Source: Saccostrea cucullata | Taxonomy: Eukaryota | DNA length: 64,000 nt | Assembly: GCF_032062105.1 (NCBI RefSeq) | Contig: NW_026926577.1 | Coordinates: 186,001 to 250,000 of the forward strand | Reading direction: 5' to 3' | Part shown: positions 13,101 to 25,100 of the stretch, one piece after another | Layout: every line of letters begins with the position of its first letter | Position numbering within the stretch: position 1 is the first letter of the stretch | The notes under the pieces: generated by a model | Told to the model about the DNA's origin: nothing | The model's input: only the letters and a program-made list of their open reading frames with translations | The model's database searches: none | Made by a program: the position numbers and the translations under genes

Positions 13101-16100
13101 ATAGTTGCGTCTAAAGTATTTTTGGTTCAACACAGGGTATCCATTTTAGAAAGCCATTCTGCATAAAAATCTCTCGTTAGAAAAATCGCATGATTTGACT
13201 CGGAAGCATACAAATGCTTATTTAGTACCGATGTGTACATAGATTTCAAGCATGAATTTGACAACGACAACAGCACAAGATTACCAGTGATTACATTGGT
13301 TACGATAAATTTAGTCAACATCACTGCCATGAAAAAGGAGATAACGCTTTTAAAAATTGGATGAAAACGTTTAACATCATCTATAAAAGCACAGGAGCTC
13401 ACAATTTTATCAATAAAGTCAATAGAAATCACTTGATTGACAAAGCCATGTGGCAAATAAACAAATTATTTCTTTGCAAATAAGAATAATTTATTCAAAA
13501 TAGTTGTTTATATAACAAAAATAGGAACTTGTTTTATTATTTATTTCATTTAAACCATGTTATCATTTGTTTTGTTTAACAACTGAATGAACATTCAGAA
13601 TTATTGCTTCTAGGCTATATCATCAAAAATCACTCTTCAAAATACTAAGTTAAACAGCCAATCCAAGCAAAATGATGAGCATGAAAAATATTTGAATTTG
13701 TACAATTTATGTCAAACTAAAGGTGTTTCTGTCTTCTTTGCAGTTGATATTTAAGATTAATTACTGTAGGTTTCTTTTAAGGCTATGATATACATACATG
13801 TATATTACATGAAAAATATTGAAAATCCAAGCGTAAAATAACGCGCGCGCAATGCTACCGCTTTTGAGGTCTCAATCTCCCTATTTTTCATCACAATAGG
13901 TTAACATGTATGGTTTACCTGTCTGAAGTGTCCTCATCCTGAACCATGGGCTCCTCAGTTTGTGGTGTGCTGTCTTCACCCTGGGCCATGTCCTCTGCCT
14001 GGACCATGCTGTCCTCTGCTTGCGCCATGCTGTCCTCAGAAGGAGCTACACTAGCCTCAGTCTGAGCCATGCTGTCCTCAGAGTTACAGCGAGAGGAAAG
14101 TCGGGATGATGATTTCAATGGAGTGGACGCATTGTTGTTGCTAAATCAAATGGAAATGAAATAAAATTGAAATGTTTTAAAATTAATACATGTATAAAAT
14201 TTTGATAAGTCCTTTTTGAAAAAAAAAATGTACAAACATTTTGAGTAAGTTAATTCTCTTGAGTGGGTGTATACAAGTAGAAAAGTTCTACCCTACCTGT
14301 TTTTCTTACGAGGTCTTCCCCTTTGTACTATTGGTGGCATTTCAGGAGTACCTTCCCTTGAAACCCTGCATAAAAAATTAAAGTGTCATGTTTTTGTTCT
14401 TAAAAACATCTTTAATTGAAAGAATATTAAAAAATATCTTAAATTGATACTAGAACACTGATATAAGAGAGTATACATGCATGCCCTTTAATAGGTCCTA
14501 TATAATTTCATAACTTCAAATTTATCCAATAATTTGTTACATTTGTTTCCATTCCTTGTAAAATAATTCTATTGTTCATGGCTACTTTTAAAAAATACTG
14601 ATTATTGTCATTCAATTTTGTGTAATAAATTACAATGTCTGTTTCCTTCCACTTCGAGATCGAGGTGTGTTAGTGTCATTCATGCTTGACAAAGAATTCC
14701 TCCTTGAGGATCTTGGGGTAATGCTATCACCCTCATTTTCCTCCTCAATTCCTGAATCACTGCAGAGAAACCATTTGTCATTTTTTAAACCACAGATTCG
14801 TCAAAACAAAGAAACATTTGCAAAAAGATGTCTGCAACTCTTTGAAATCTTTGGAAATCTATTGGCATATGTAATATATAAAAAAATTACATAAATTGAA
14901 CAAAAGATTGATATAATGCCCTAAACATTATTAATTTTAATACAAAAATGTGTAGTTGTGGAGTGTGAATCTATTATTTATGTCTCTGGTCAAATCCAAC
15001 CCATCTCACTATAAACATTATAAATTTGCAAAAATCAGTGAATGAGATATCTACAACAAGAGGCCCAAGGGCCTTGAATTGCTCTTCTGATAAATTGTAC
15101 AATCTATCACTTCTATTAGAAGCCTCCAACTCTATTAGAATCATAAGACCCAAAATGCATCAACTTACAAAGTTTGATAATATTTAGCCAGTTAAGACTG
15201 AAGATATTATAATATAATTATAAAATACCATAAGTAGGTCACAGTGACCTACCTTTTGATTGAAATTTTCTGAGGACTCAAGATACATTAATTGACAAAG
15301 ACTGATGATTCTAATTAAATAAGTACCTGAGATATTCAAAAGTAGGTCACCATGACCTACTTTTTGGTCAACATTCTCTGAAAACCCAAGATGCATCATC
15401 TGACAAAGTTTGACGATTCTAAGCCAATTAGTACCAGAGATATTTAAATATAGCCATCAAATGTCAAAAGTAGGTCACCGTGATCTACTTTTCGGTCGAC
15501 GTTATTCAAAAACCCATAATGCCTAAATTGACAAAATTTGATGATTCTAAGCCAATAAGTACCTGAGATATTCAAAACTAGAACTGTCCAATAGGGACAA
15601 ATACCCCCTGCTGGGTTTTTCCGAGAAGGTGCCAATTCACAAATACTTTATGGATCTAGAGGTGTTCACAATTTACTTACAAAAATTTGCAGTGAAATAT
15701 AATTGCCCATTATGTTTTTTAATGAATAAAACAAAGGTACAACCAAATGAAACATTAATACTAATACATTGTAATTCCATTGTAACATTTTTTTTATTTC
15801 TGCATTAAAAAAATATATTGCAATTATGTGTCATGACACTCTGCTAACTGATTGTTGAAAAAAAATCATATTATACAAAATCAAATCAATCTTGATAACT
15901 TAATATCAAATTCATTTTGAAAATAAATAGATGGTCATCCAGTAATGAAGTGCTTTGACAGACAATAAATTACAATTAAGATAGTAAGAGAAGAGAGATC
16001 TTTAATTCTTGTGCCAAATTCCCAGGAGATTTAGATAAAACAATTGATAAGCTCATGAGCCCAAAATGAACAAGTCAATTAAAATAAAAAATAAAACCTG

Positions 16101-19100
16101 TAAAATGCAGAAAAATGAACAAATAAAGTTGAAAATTCCAGGTGCACACCTTCATATGGTGAATAATAAGTGTACAAATTTTCAGATAAATCCTTGCAAT
16201 AGTTTCTGAGAAACGGTCTGCACAAAACCACAAAATAAAAATGAAAAAACACCTGTAAAATTCAAAATAATCATCCAATCAAGATGAAAATAGAGGTGCA
16301 CACCTTCATATGGTGAATAATATGTGTACAAATTTTCAGACAAATCCTTTCAATAGTCTCTGAGTAATGGTCTGGACAAAATCTCGTCTACAGACAGACG
16401 GACGGACAGACGGACATGGTGATTCCAATATACCCCCCCCTAAACTTCGTTTGGGGGGTATAATTAGGTCACCGTGACCTACTTCTTGTTGGACATTCAA
16501 TGAAATCCTAAGATGCCTCAACTGACAAAGTTTGATAATTCTGAGCCAATAAGTACCAGATATAATTAAATATAGCCATGAAATGTCAAAAGGGTCACAG
16601 TGACCTACTTTTTGGTCGACTCTCTCCGAAAACCCAAGATGCATCAACTGACAAAGTTTGATGATTCTAAGCTTATACGTACCTGAGATATTCAAAAGTA
16701 GGTCACGGTGACCTAATTTTTGGTCGACATTCTCCGAAAACCCAAAATGCCTCAGCTGACACAGTTTGATGATTCTTAGCCAATAAGTGCCTGAGATACT
16801 TAAATATAGCCATAAAATGTCAAAAGTAGGTCACTGTGACCTACTTTTTGGTCGAAGTTCTCCGAAAACCCAAGATGCATCAACTGACAAAGTTTGATGA
16901 TTTTAGGTCAATAGATTTTTCCAGAGATACTAAATTATAGTCACAAAATGTCAAATGTAGGTCACCATGACCTACTTTTTGGTCGTCATTCTCCGAAAAC
17001 TCAAGATGCATCAACTCACAAAGTTTGATGATTCTAAGCCAATAAGTACCGGAGATACTTAAAGCCATAAAATGTCAAAAGTAGGTCACTGTGACCTACT
17101 TTTAGGTCGTCACTCTCCGAAAACCAAATATGCATGGACTCACAAAGTTTGATGATTCTAAGCCAATAAATACCTAAGATACTTAAATATAGCCATAAAA
17201 TGTCGAAAGTAGGTCATCGTGACCTACATTTTGGTTGACATTTTTCAAAGACCGAAGATGCATGACCAAGTTTGATGATCGTAGGTCTGAAGGTAATCAA
17301 AATATGCGTTTTAAACAATTAGAAAACAAAGGTCTGCAAAGTTCAAGAAGTAGGTCACAGTGACCTACTTTTTCATAAAAATGTTTTAACGTCCCAAGAT
17401 GCATCAACTTACAAGATTTGATGATTCTAAACCTCCCAGTGTCTGAAATAATGGGATTTAATGTTTTTAAAAGGATAAGTCATAAAGTTCAAAAAGTAGG
17501 TCACGGTGACCTACTTTTAAGTTGACATTGTTCAAGGACCCAAGATGCATCAACTGACAAAGTTTGATGATCATAGGCCTTAAAGTGTCCAAAACATGCC
17601 TTCAAATCAATCTGAAAACAAATCCCCGCAAAATTTAACCAGAAGTCTCTGTCGAGACTGTAGCTCTACTGGTTTGTACTTATCAAAAACCATTGCACTA
17701 TTTTATATATCTTGGTGTAGTCTACTTGTGTGCCAAGTTATATTGAAATCGGACCAAAACTGTAGAAGGAGTAGCGTTTTAAAGGAATTTCACAGAAAAT
17801 TCTTTTTTTAGTAACCATGGCAACACCGTTCATTGAAATCAAAAACCAATGCACTATTCTATGTATCTTAGTATAGTCTACTTTTGTGACAAGTTATATT
17901 GAAATCAGACCAAAATTGAGGAAGGAGTAGCGTTTTAAAGGAATTTCACAGAAAATTCTATTTTTAGTAACCATGGCAACACCGTTCATCTAAATTAAAA
18001 ACCGATGCACTATTCTATGTATCTTAGTGTATTCTACTTGTGTGCCAAGTAATATTGAAATCAGACCAAAACTGTAGAAGGAGTAGTGTTTTAAAGGAAT
18101 TTCACAGAGAATTCTATTTTTAGTAACCATGGCAACACCGTTCACCAAAATCAAAAACCGATGCACTATTCTATGTATCTTAGTGTAGTCTACTTGTGTG
18201 CCAAGTTATAATGAAATCAGACCAAAATTGTAGAAGGAGTAGCGTTTTAAAGGATTTTCACAGAAAATTCTATTTTTAGTAACCATGGCAACACCATTCA
18301 TCGAAATCAAAAACCGATGCACTATTCTATGTATCTTAGTGTAGTCTACTTGTGTGCCAAGTTATATTGAAATCAGACCAAAATTGTAGAAGGAGTAGCA
18401 TTTTAAAGGAATTTCACAGAAAATTCTATTTTTAGTAACCATGGCAACACCGTTCATCGATATCAAAAACCGATGCACTATTCTATGTATCTTAGTGTAG
18501 TCTACTTGTGTGCCAAGTAATATTGAAATCAGACTAAAATTGTAGGAGGAGTAGCGTTTTTAAAAATTGTTTACAGACAGACGGACAGACAGACAGACAG
18601 ACGGACGGACGCCGGACGCATTCCTATCGCATAAGCTCTTTTGGTCTCTGACCAGTAGAGCTAAAAAGTAGGTCACCGTGACCTACTTTTGAGTTAACAT
18701 GATGTGAAGTCATAAGATGCATCAACATACAAGATTTGATGATCCTAGTCTTTATAGTAAGCAAAATATAAGCGTTTTTATTAATTGTAAATTTAGGCTA
18801 ACTTTGAAGTGACCTTGAGACCACGCCCTTTGCCCCAGGGTAATTCCCCGTGCAAATTTTAATCTTCGACATATCCTGATCCTTGTATGTAAGTTTAGTG
18901 AAAATCTGCCTGGTGGTTATGGAGAAGAAGATTTTTTAGCAACCAGTACTTTTGGGTTTGTTTTCCTGATTATCTCCCCTTGTTTAAGGGTCTCAACCCT
19001 TATTTTAGGACAAATGGTAGCCCTTGGGCCAAGGATACCCTGTGACAAATTTGGTACTGATTGGCCAAGGGGTTCTTGAGTTATGGCCCATATTCTAAAA

Positions 19101-22100
19101 AGTTTACGCACACCGCACAAATGGCCATAGTATTAGCTCTTTGAGCCTTTGGCTCAGAAGAGCTAAAAAGATTACTTTCTATTGATAAACAGCTTTACAA
19201 ATTTGCATCTTTTGCACCTCCTTTTATACTTTTGATAGAGTCTGAAACATTTACAGTTTTACACTGCCTCATACACCAGTTACCTGTTGGCCTCTTTTTC
19301 TACTGCGGCAGCAGATCTGCGTGTGCTCCTCCTACCAGAATTGGTGGGCGTGGTTAATCTAAAAATATAAATGTAAATCTGATTATCATTCAAATTGCAG
19401 TTCATTGAAAATTACATCTAAGAGCATGTTCTGAACACTTTAAGTTCACATGTTATTTGTTCTTTAGTAAGAGTATGTACAAAGACTCTCTTTTTTCCCC
19501 ACTATTTTTTAAATTATTTTCCCCCATAAATAGGATATTGGCAAACATTTAAACAAATCTCACTTCAGTCCTTGGCACAGGTGAAGTATAAACTTAAAAT
19601 CAAACCTGTTCTTGATATTCTTTTTTGGAGCTGGGCTTGGTTCACTGTCGCTGTGTAGAAAAATGAAATACATTGTTAGTAGTGAGACCTACATATTTAC
19701 ACAAATTTTAAGTGATCACTAGTATTGAAAATCATTAATTTTCTCAAACACATGAATTTACAATGTGCCAGTGAAGAATGACAATCTTATTATAAGTGCC
19801 ATTTGCTATGTCTGATTAGTTCTCTTGTATTTTGAGTAGAATGAAAATCACTTTACTACAAGTGTCAATCCATAATGCCTTCTCTTTAAGTGGTATATGG
19901 GGGATATTTATTTCGAAGTCAAACAACAGGTCAAAATTCCTTAAATCAATCAAATATACAGAATAATTGAAAAAAACAGCAGATTTTCTAACCTGTACAT
20001 TGGTCCTTTTTTCGTAATAATTCTTCCTCTGCTACTTCTCCGCACTGGAGTTTCCTCACTAAAAATACAGCAATATTTAAGAAGAAATTACACCAATGCA
20101 GGCAAATGCAATAAATTTTTTTTAAAAAGTCTAGTTCCAACAAATATTTAGGTCTTTTTTCCCCCAAAAAATTACAGAGCAAGTTTAAAATTCCAAAAAT
20201 ATTTTGATGCCTATTTTCAGATATCTCTATTTTCAGGTTATAGTATTTTATAATTCAGTTATAATTCCTCAGTTTCTTATTTTTTTTTCATTTAAAATTC
20301 ATAAAACTGGACAGGGCAATATACTGTAAACCAACTTTTATTTGCGTGCGAAAACTATCTGTGAGTTTCGTGATATACTTTAACTCACAAGTTTTGCGAC
20401 GTACTTAAACTCGCAAATATTTATCGCCACGAGCCAAGTATTTTGCTTTATATTTGTAGAAAATGTTTCCTCAGTCACATAAAATAATCTGTGCAAATCG
20501 ATTTCAAACTGATAAATTGCGAATAAAAGATGACATGAAGTTGGTTTACAGTGCCAGAAAGGGTCCATTTGGTCTAACTAATATCAGATTATCTATCATC
20601 CTCATAAACATAAACTTACTCATCTTAATTTTGTTTACTGACAACAATGCAATGCATGTAATAAATAATCAAATTTAAAAAGATTGTACCTGTCTTTTAA
20701 TTCTGCCACTCTTCCTTTCTGCCTGCCAGGTGTTTTGTTTTCATCATTTCTACAAATTCGGGATTAAAGCTTGTACCACAATTTTTATTTCTTACAATTT
20801 ATAATACATGTTATTTACAGTTACAGACGGTTCCTTCTACCTATTCCAACTTTTTAAAAATCAGGTAGAAAAAGGTAAGATTTTATGTGGGAATAGGTGG
20901 AATTTTTGTGTAAACAAATAATCAACTATGAAATCATATAATTACTGTTCAAACAATGATTAATGAACACCTGTTGGAATAGAGGACAGGTATTGTTTGC
21001 TAAAATATTAACTTATAAATCAGGACCTTTACTTACTAATATTTGAAAGAAAAAATGGATTTTTAATTGAAATTATATTTTTTCTCCTTTTATCTTTTCA
21101 TTCTTAAATCCACCTATTTCAATGCTTTTTTGGATAAATCTATTTATTTTATGTTCTTAAATCAAGATATTAAATTTCTTTTTCTTGTAAGACACACAAA
21201 CAAACAGGAATCACCATTTCTGTTTAATACGCGGGTAGAAAATTACACGGATTTCTTAAACTCTCACTATTAGCCTTTTATGCATTTTAAATACGAGGGG
21301 ACAAATTTCGGCAGAAAATTTGTGACCGCGTACATAGCGTAAATAAATACCACGCGGAAAAAAGTACTTCTACAGTATTTAAAAAAAATCCCATATTAAT
21401 CATATTTTCTCATAGATGTATTCATTATTTTCTGTCCTAAAATGTACAAAATACAGGTAAATCTTAAGAGCTGATGTAATATTAGTCTAATTCGTGTAAA
21501 AGCAAATTAATTATCTAAACATCTATTGTTATTTGCAAGTGGGAATAGGTGGAATTGAGATTTTCAAAAAGTGGGAATAGACAGAAGACACCACCAACAC
21601 CTTACATATATTCTCCTGAGTACTGTACATACTCTACAAGTCATAAGTCTTTATTGATTAAAATTGGCTCTAGCGGTTTTTGAGAAGAAGACAAAAATGT
21701 GAAAAATTAACAATTAGACAGAAAAATGGATGTCTGATGATGGGTGATCAAACAGGAAATTTAAAAAAAATTATATTCTAATGAAAATATTGAACCACCC
21801 TTTCATGCATATATTCAGATTCTGTCTTATATTCATGCTTAAATTACCCACACCCTCATCCCATCCCTAGAGAAAGTGGAAAATATGAAGATGTTTCATT
21901 GTGATTCATTCATCCTTAAAAACCCAAGCTTAAAAATTTACCATATAGTGTATAATTGTGTACCCCCCCTTCCCCCCCCCCCCAAAAAAAATCTAAAGAT
22001 TCCTTTGTTCTTACTTTGTTTTCTTCCTGCCCCTGGGTGTGGATCTAGTGGACAGCTGGGACAAACTGACATCATCCTCTGAGGCTGAATCTGACCCCTC

Positions 22101-25100
22101 TGTATCCTCTTCTTCCTCTTCTTCATTCTCCTCACTACTACAAAACACCATGCAGTTTTACTATCAATTAAGCCTCTAGTACAAAACATGATACAATTAC
22201 ACCAACAAATAAGCCTGTACTACTAAAATGACAGTTTACAGAAGATTGTGTTAAAATTGAAATCCATGAAATAATGTTCACAGGGGTAATTTAATAAGTA
22301 TGTAAAATTGAAATTAACAAGAGGCCCATGGGCCTTATAGGTCACCTGAGTATCATGCAACAACTTTCCAACAATTGAAATTGATTCATGTTTTAAACCA
22401 GAGGCCATGAAATTCACAATTTTGAAAGAGGCACCGCTTATCATAATCATACACTCAGCATGCTTACTTTGGTTACTTAATACCCAGAGGTATCTCAGAG
22501 TAACAAAGAGAAAATGCATTTTCCACCTTATAGTTGTGCACCCCATGCCACAGGAAGAAGACCTTGGGGCCACATCTTTCAAAATTTTGAAATTGTTAAA
22601 TTTTATTTTCATATTGTTAATGAATACCAAAGTGCAGATTTCAAAGCATTAAATTATGTATCCCCCCCCCCCAAGTACCTCTGTCCCTGGGGCCAGGAAA
22701 TTAACCATTTTTGGACGGACACACAGCTTTCTACATAAATATATACTAAGATCATTGGCATAATACCCAGGAACCAAGTAAAAGATTTTGAAAGGATTCA
22801 TGCATTTTCAATATTTAAATATTAGAGCCCCACCCTAACACTCCCTGAGCAGGGGCCCTGAAATTCACAAATCTCAATGAGGCATCCTTCCTCCTCATAA
22901 CTTTAAAAAGTACATTGGTTTAATACCCAGGTGCAGAAAAGAAGATTTTTAAAGAATTTATGCATTTTCACTATATAATCTGCCTGCCAGGGGTGTTTCA
23001 GAATTTTGGAATAGGCAGCCTTATTTAACAAAACTATGTACTTGGTTAGTTCATTGAATACTCAGGAGCAGAGAAGAAGATTTTCAAAGAAATAATTCAT
23101 TTTTTACTATATAATCTATATAGCCCCGCCTAGCACTAGAACCCCTGACCCTAGGGCCATGAAATTCAAAATTTTGAATGAGGCAGTCATTTTCAACATC
23201 TACTACGCACTTGGTTAGTTTATTTAATGACCATGAACAGAGAAGAAAAATTTCAAAGAATTTATGCATTTTCACTATATAATCTATATAACCCCTCCCC
23301 AGCACTAGAACCCATGACCCTGGGGCCATTAGATTCAAAATTTTAGAAAAGACAGCCTTATTCAACATAACTATGCACTTGGTTAGTTTATTTAATGCCC
23401 ATAAACAGAAAAGTAAGTTTCAAAAAATGCATTTTCAAAAATATATACAGCACCTAATAAAGACAGAAATATATTGTTCAATAATCATGAATTGGTAATG
23501 GTGCAAAAAAATCAGGATAATTTAAAAAAAATTTATATTCTTATCATGTTTAAAATATTATACATATATACATCTCTAAGAGATTTCATGCATATATTCA
23601 ATTATAACAAATAATACATTATATAATTCTAAACTGGCTGTGTTAGAATTAAGGAAATGCCACACCCTCGAAAATTTACTATTCTTTAGACTATAAAATT
23701 CTAAGTGAGAGAAAGTGCAAATATATAATAAAAATTGAAATGAATTTTTTTTCATTGTAGTTTTCTATATTACACAATCCTTAAAAAAATAAAACACAAA
23801 TTTGTTTTAAAAATTTACCATATAGTGTATAATTGTGTACCCCCCCCTCCCCCCCAAAAAATAACAATCTAAAGATTCCTTTGTTCTTACTTTGTTTTCT
23901 TCCTGCCCCTGGGTGTGGACCTGTTGGACAGCTGGGACAAACTGACATCATCTTCTGAGGCTGAATCTGACCCCTCTGTATCCTCCTCTTCGTCTTCATT
24001 CTCCTCACTACTACAAAATATGATAAAGAACAACTGATATACAAACAAATATATATAACATGATAGTTATACTATCAAATAAGCCTCTACTTCAAAACAT
24101 GATACAATAGTCTAGTCAATCTACAGAAAAAATAGCTCAAACGGAAACTAATTGCAACAGAAAGTTTCACTGCATTTTTAGAAACTTATAAGTCTTCTAA
24201 ACATTATATAAAAAGTTTAGAGCATTTATATATGGGGAAAGTGTTTTTTTACGGTGATAAAAATGCCCATTTTTGACAAAGACTTACAACTCGTATATAC
24301 CAGAAAAATCTTATACATGGAATATATATGTTCTATTAACCATACAAATGTAAATCCTTTTAAAAATTTATTGAAAATGCAAAGCTGTATATAGACCATT
24401 TTACCTATGCATGTATTTATAAACTTTCCGATGAAAATATTAATTTTCTTCACAAAACACTTACTCCAACAAATAAGCCTGTACTACTAAAATGACAGTT
24501 TACAGGCTAATGGGTCACTTGTGGGAAGATTTGAATTTTTTCTCCAGAATTCCTTTGAAATCCATGAAATAATGTTCACAGGGGTAATTTAATAAGTATG
24601 TAAAATTGAAATTAAAAATTCAACTGAAGGCTTTTTCTGTGAATTAGTAGGCAAAAATGTATATTTTTAACAACAGGAAAATGAAAAGAACAAAATCTCA
24701 TTTCTCATATACATTCTTGTCTTCATGATAAATAATAAACAACAAACTGAGAGCCATTAAGAATAAACATAACAGATATCGCTAATCAGGAATATCATGT
24801 AAACTATTACCTTTCCTCCTCTTTAATAACTTTCTTTACTTTTCGTCCTCTGGAAGTTTTCACAGTTTCCTCTTTTTTAGTTTGTTTTTTCTTCTTTTTA
24901 TTTTCTCCCTTGGTTTTCTTCTCTTTTTTCTTACTTTTTTGTCTACATGACATGGCAAAATAATTTCAATTCAAACATTTCAACTAAATATTTAAATAAC
25001 CTAAGGAACCCAAAGTAACTAATTCCTTCAGAACTTATAAATCTATGATAACACATTAGTAATATTTTCACTCACTTAATCTCTTCTGGCTCTGGGTCTT

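Larger units (their letters stand above)
15056..19165 (-). mobile_element. HINE/Helentron-like non-autonomous element (host element A) with an internal ~110-130-bp tandem array
   Basis: One end has ACAAGAGGCCCAAGGGCC (hairpin) plus subterminal TGCTCTTCTGA. The other end has the palindromic AGCTCTTTGAGCCTTTGGCTCAGAAGAGCTA. Internal repeats are built around GTAGGTCAnnnTGACCTAC. Confidence 0.7.

Noticed and set aside
15140-18690. CRISPR-like array of palindromic repeats
   Set aside because: The 'spacers' are homologous to each other, the context is eukaryotic and intronic, and there are no cas genes. It is a transposon-internal tandem repeat.
21938-24044. ORF-track peptides [20 protein letters not shown] as a duplicated small protein
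   Set aside because: They are the wrong reading frame of the duplicated acidic CECR2 exons.
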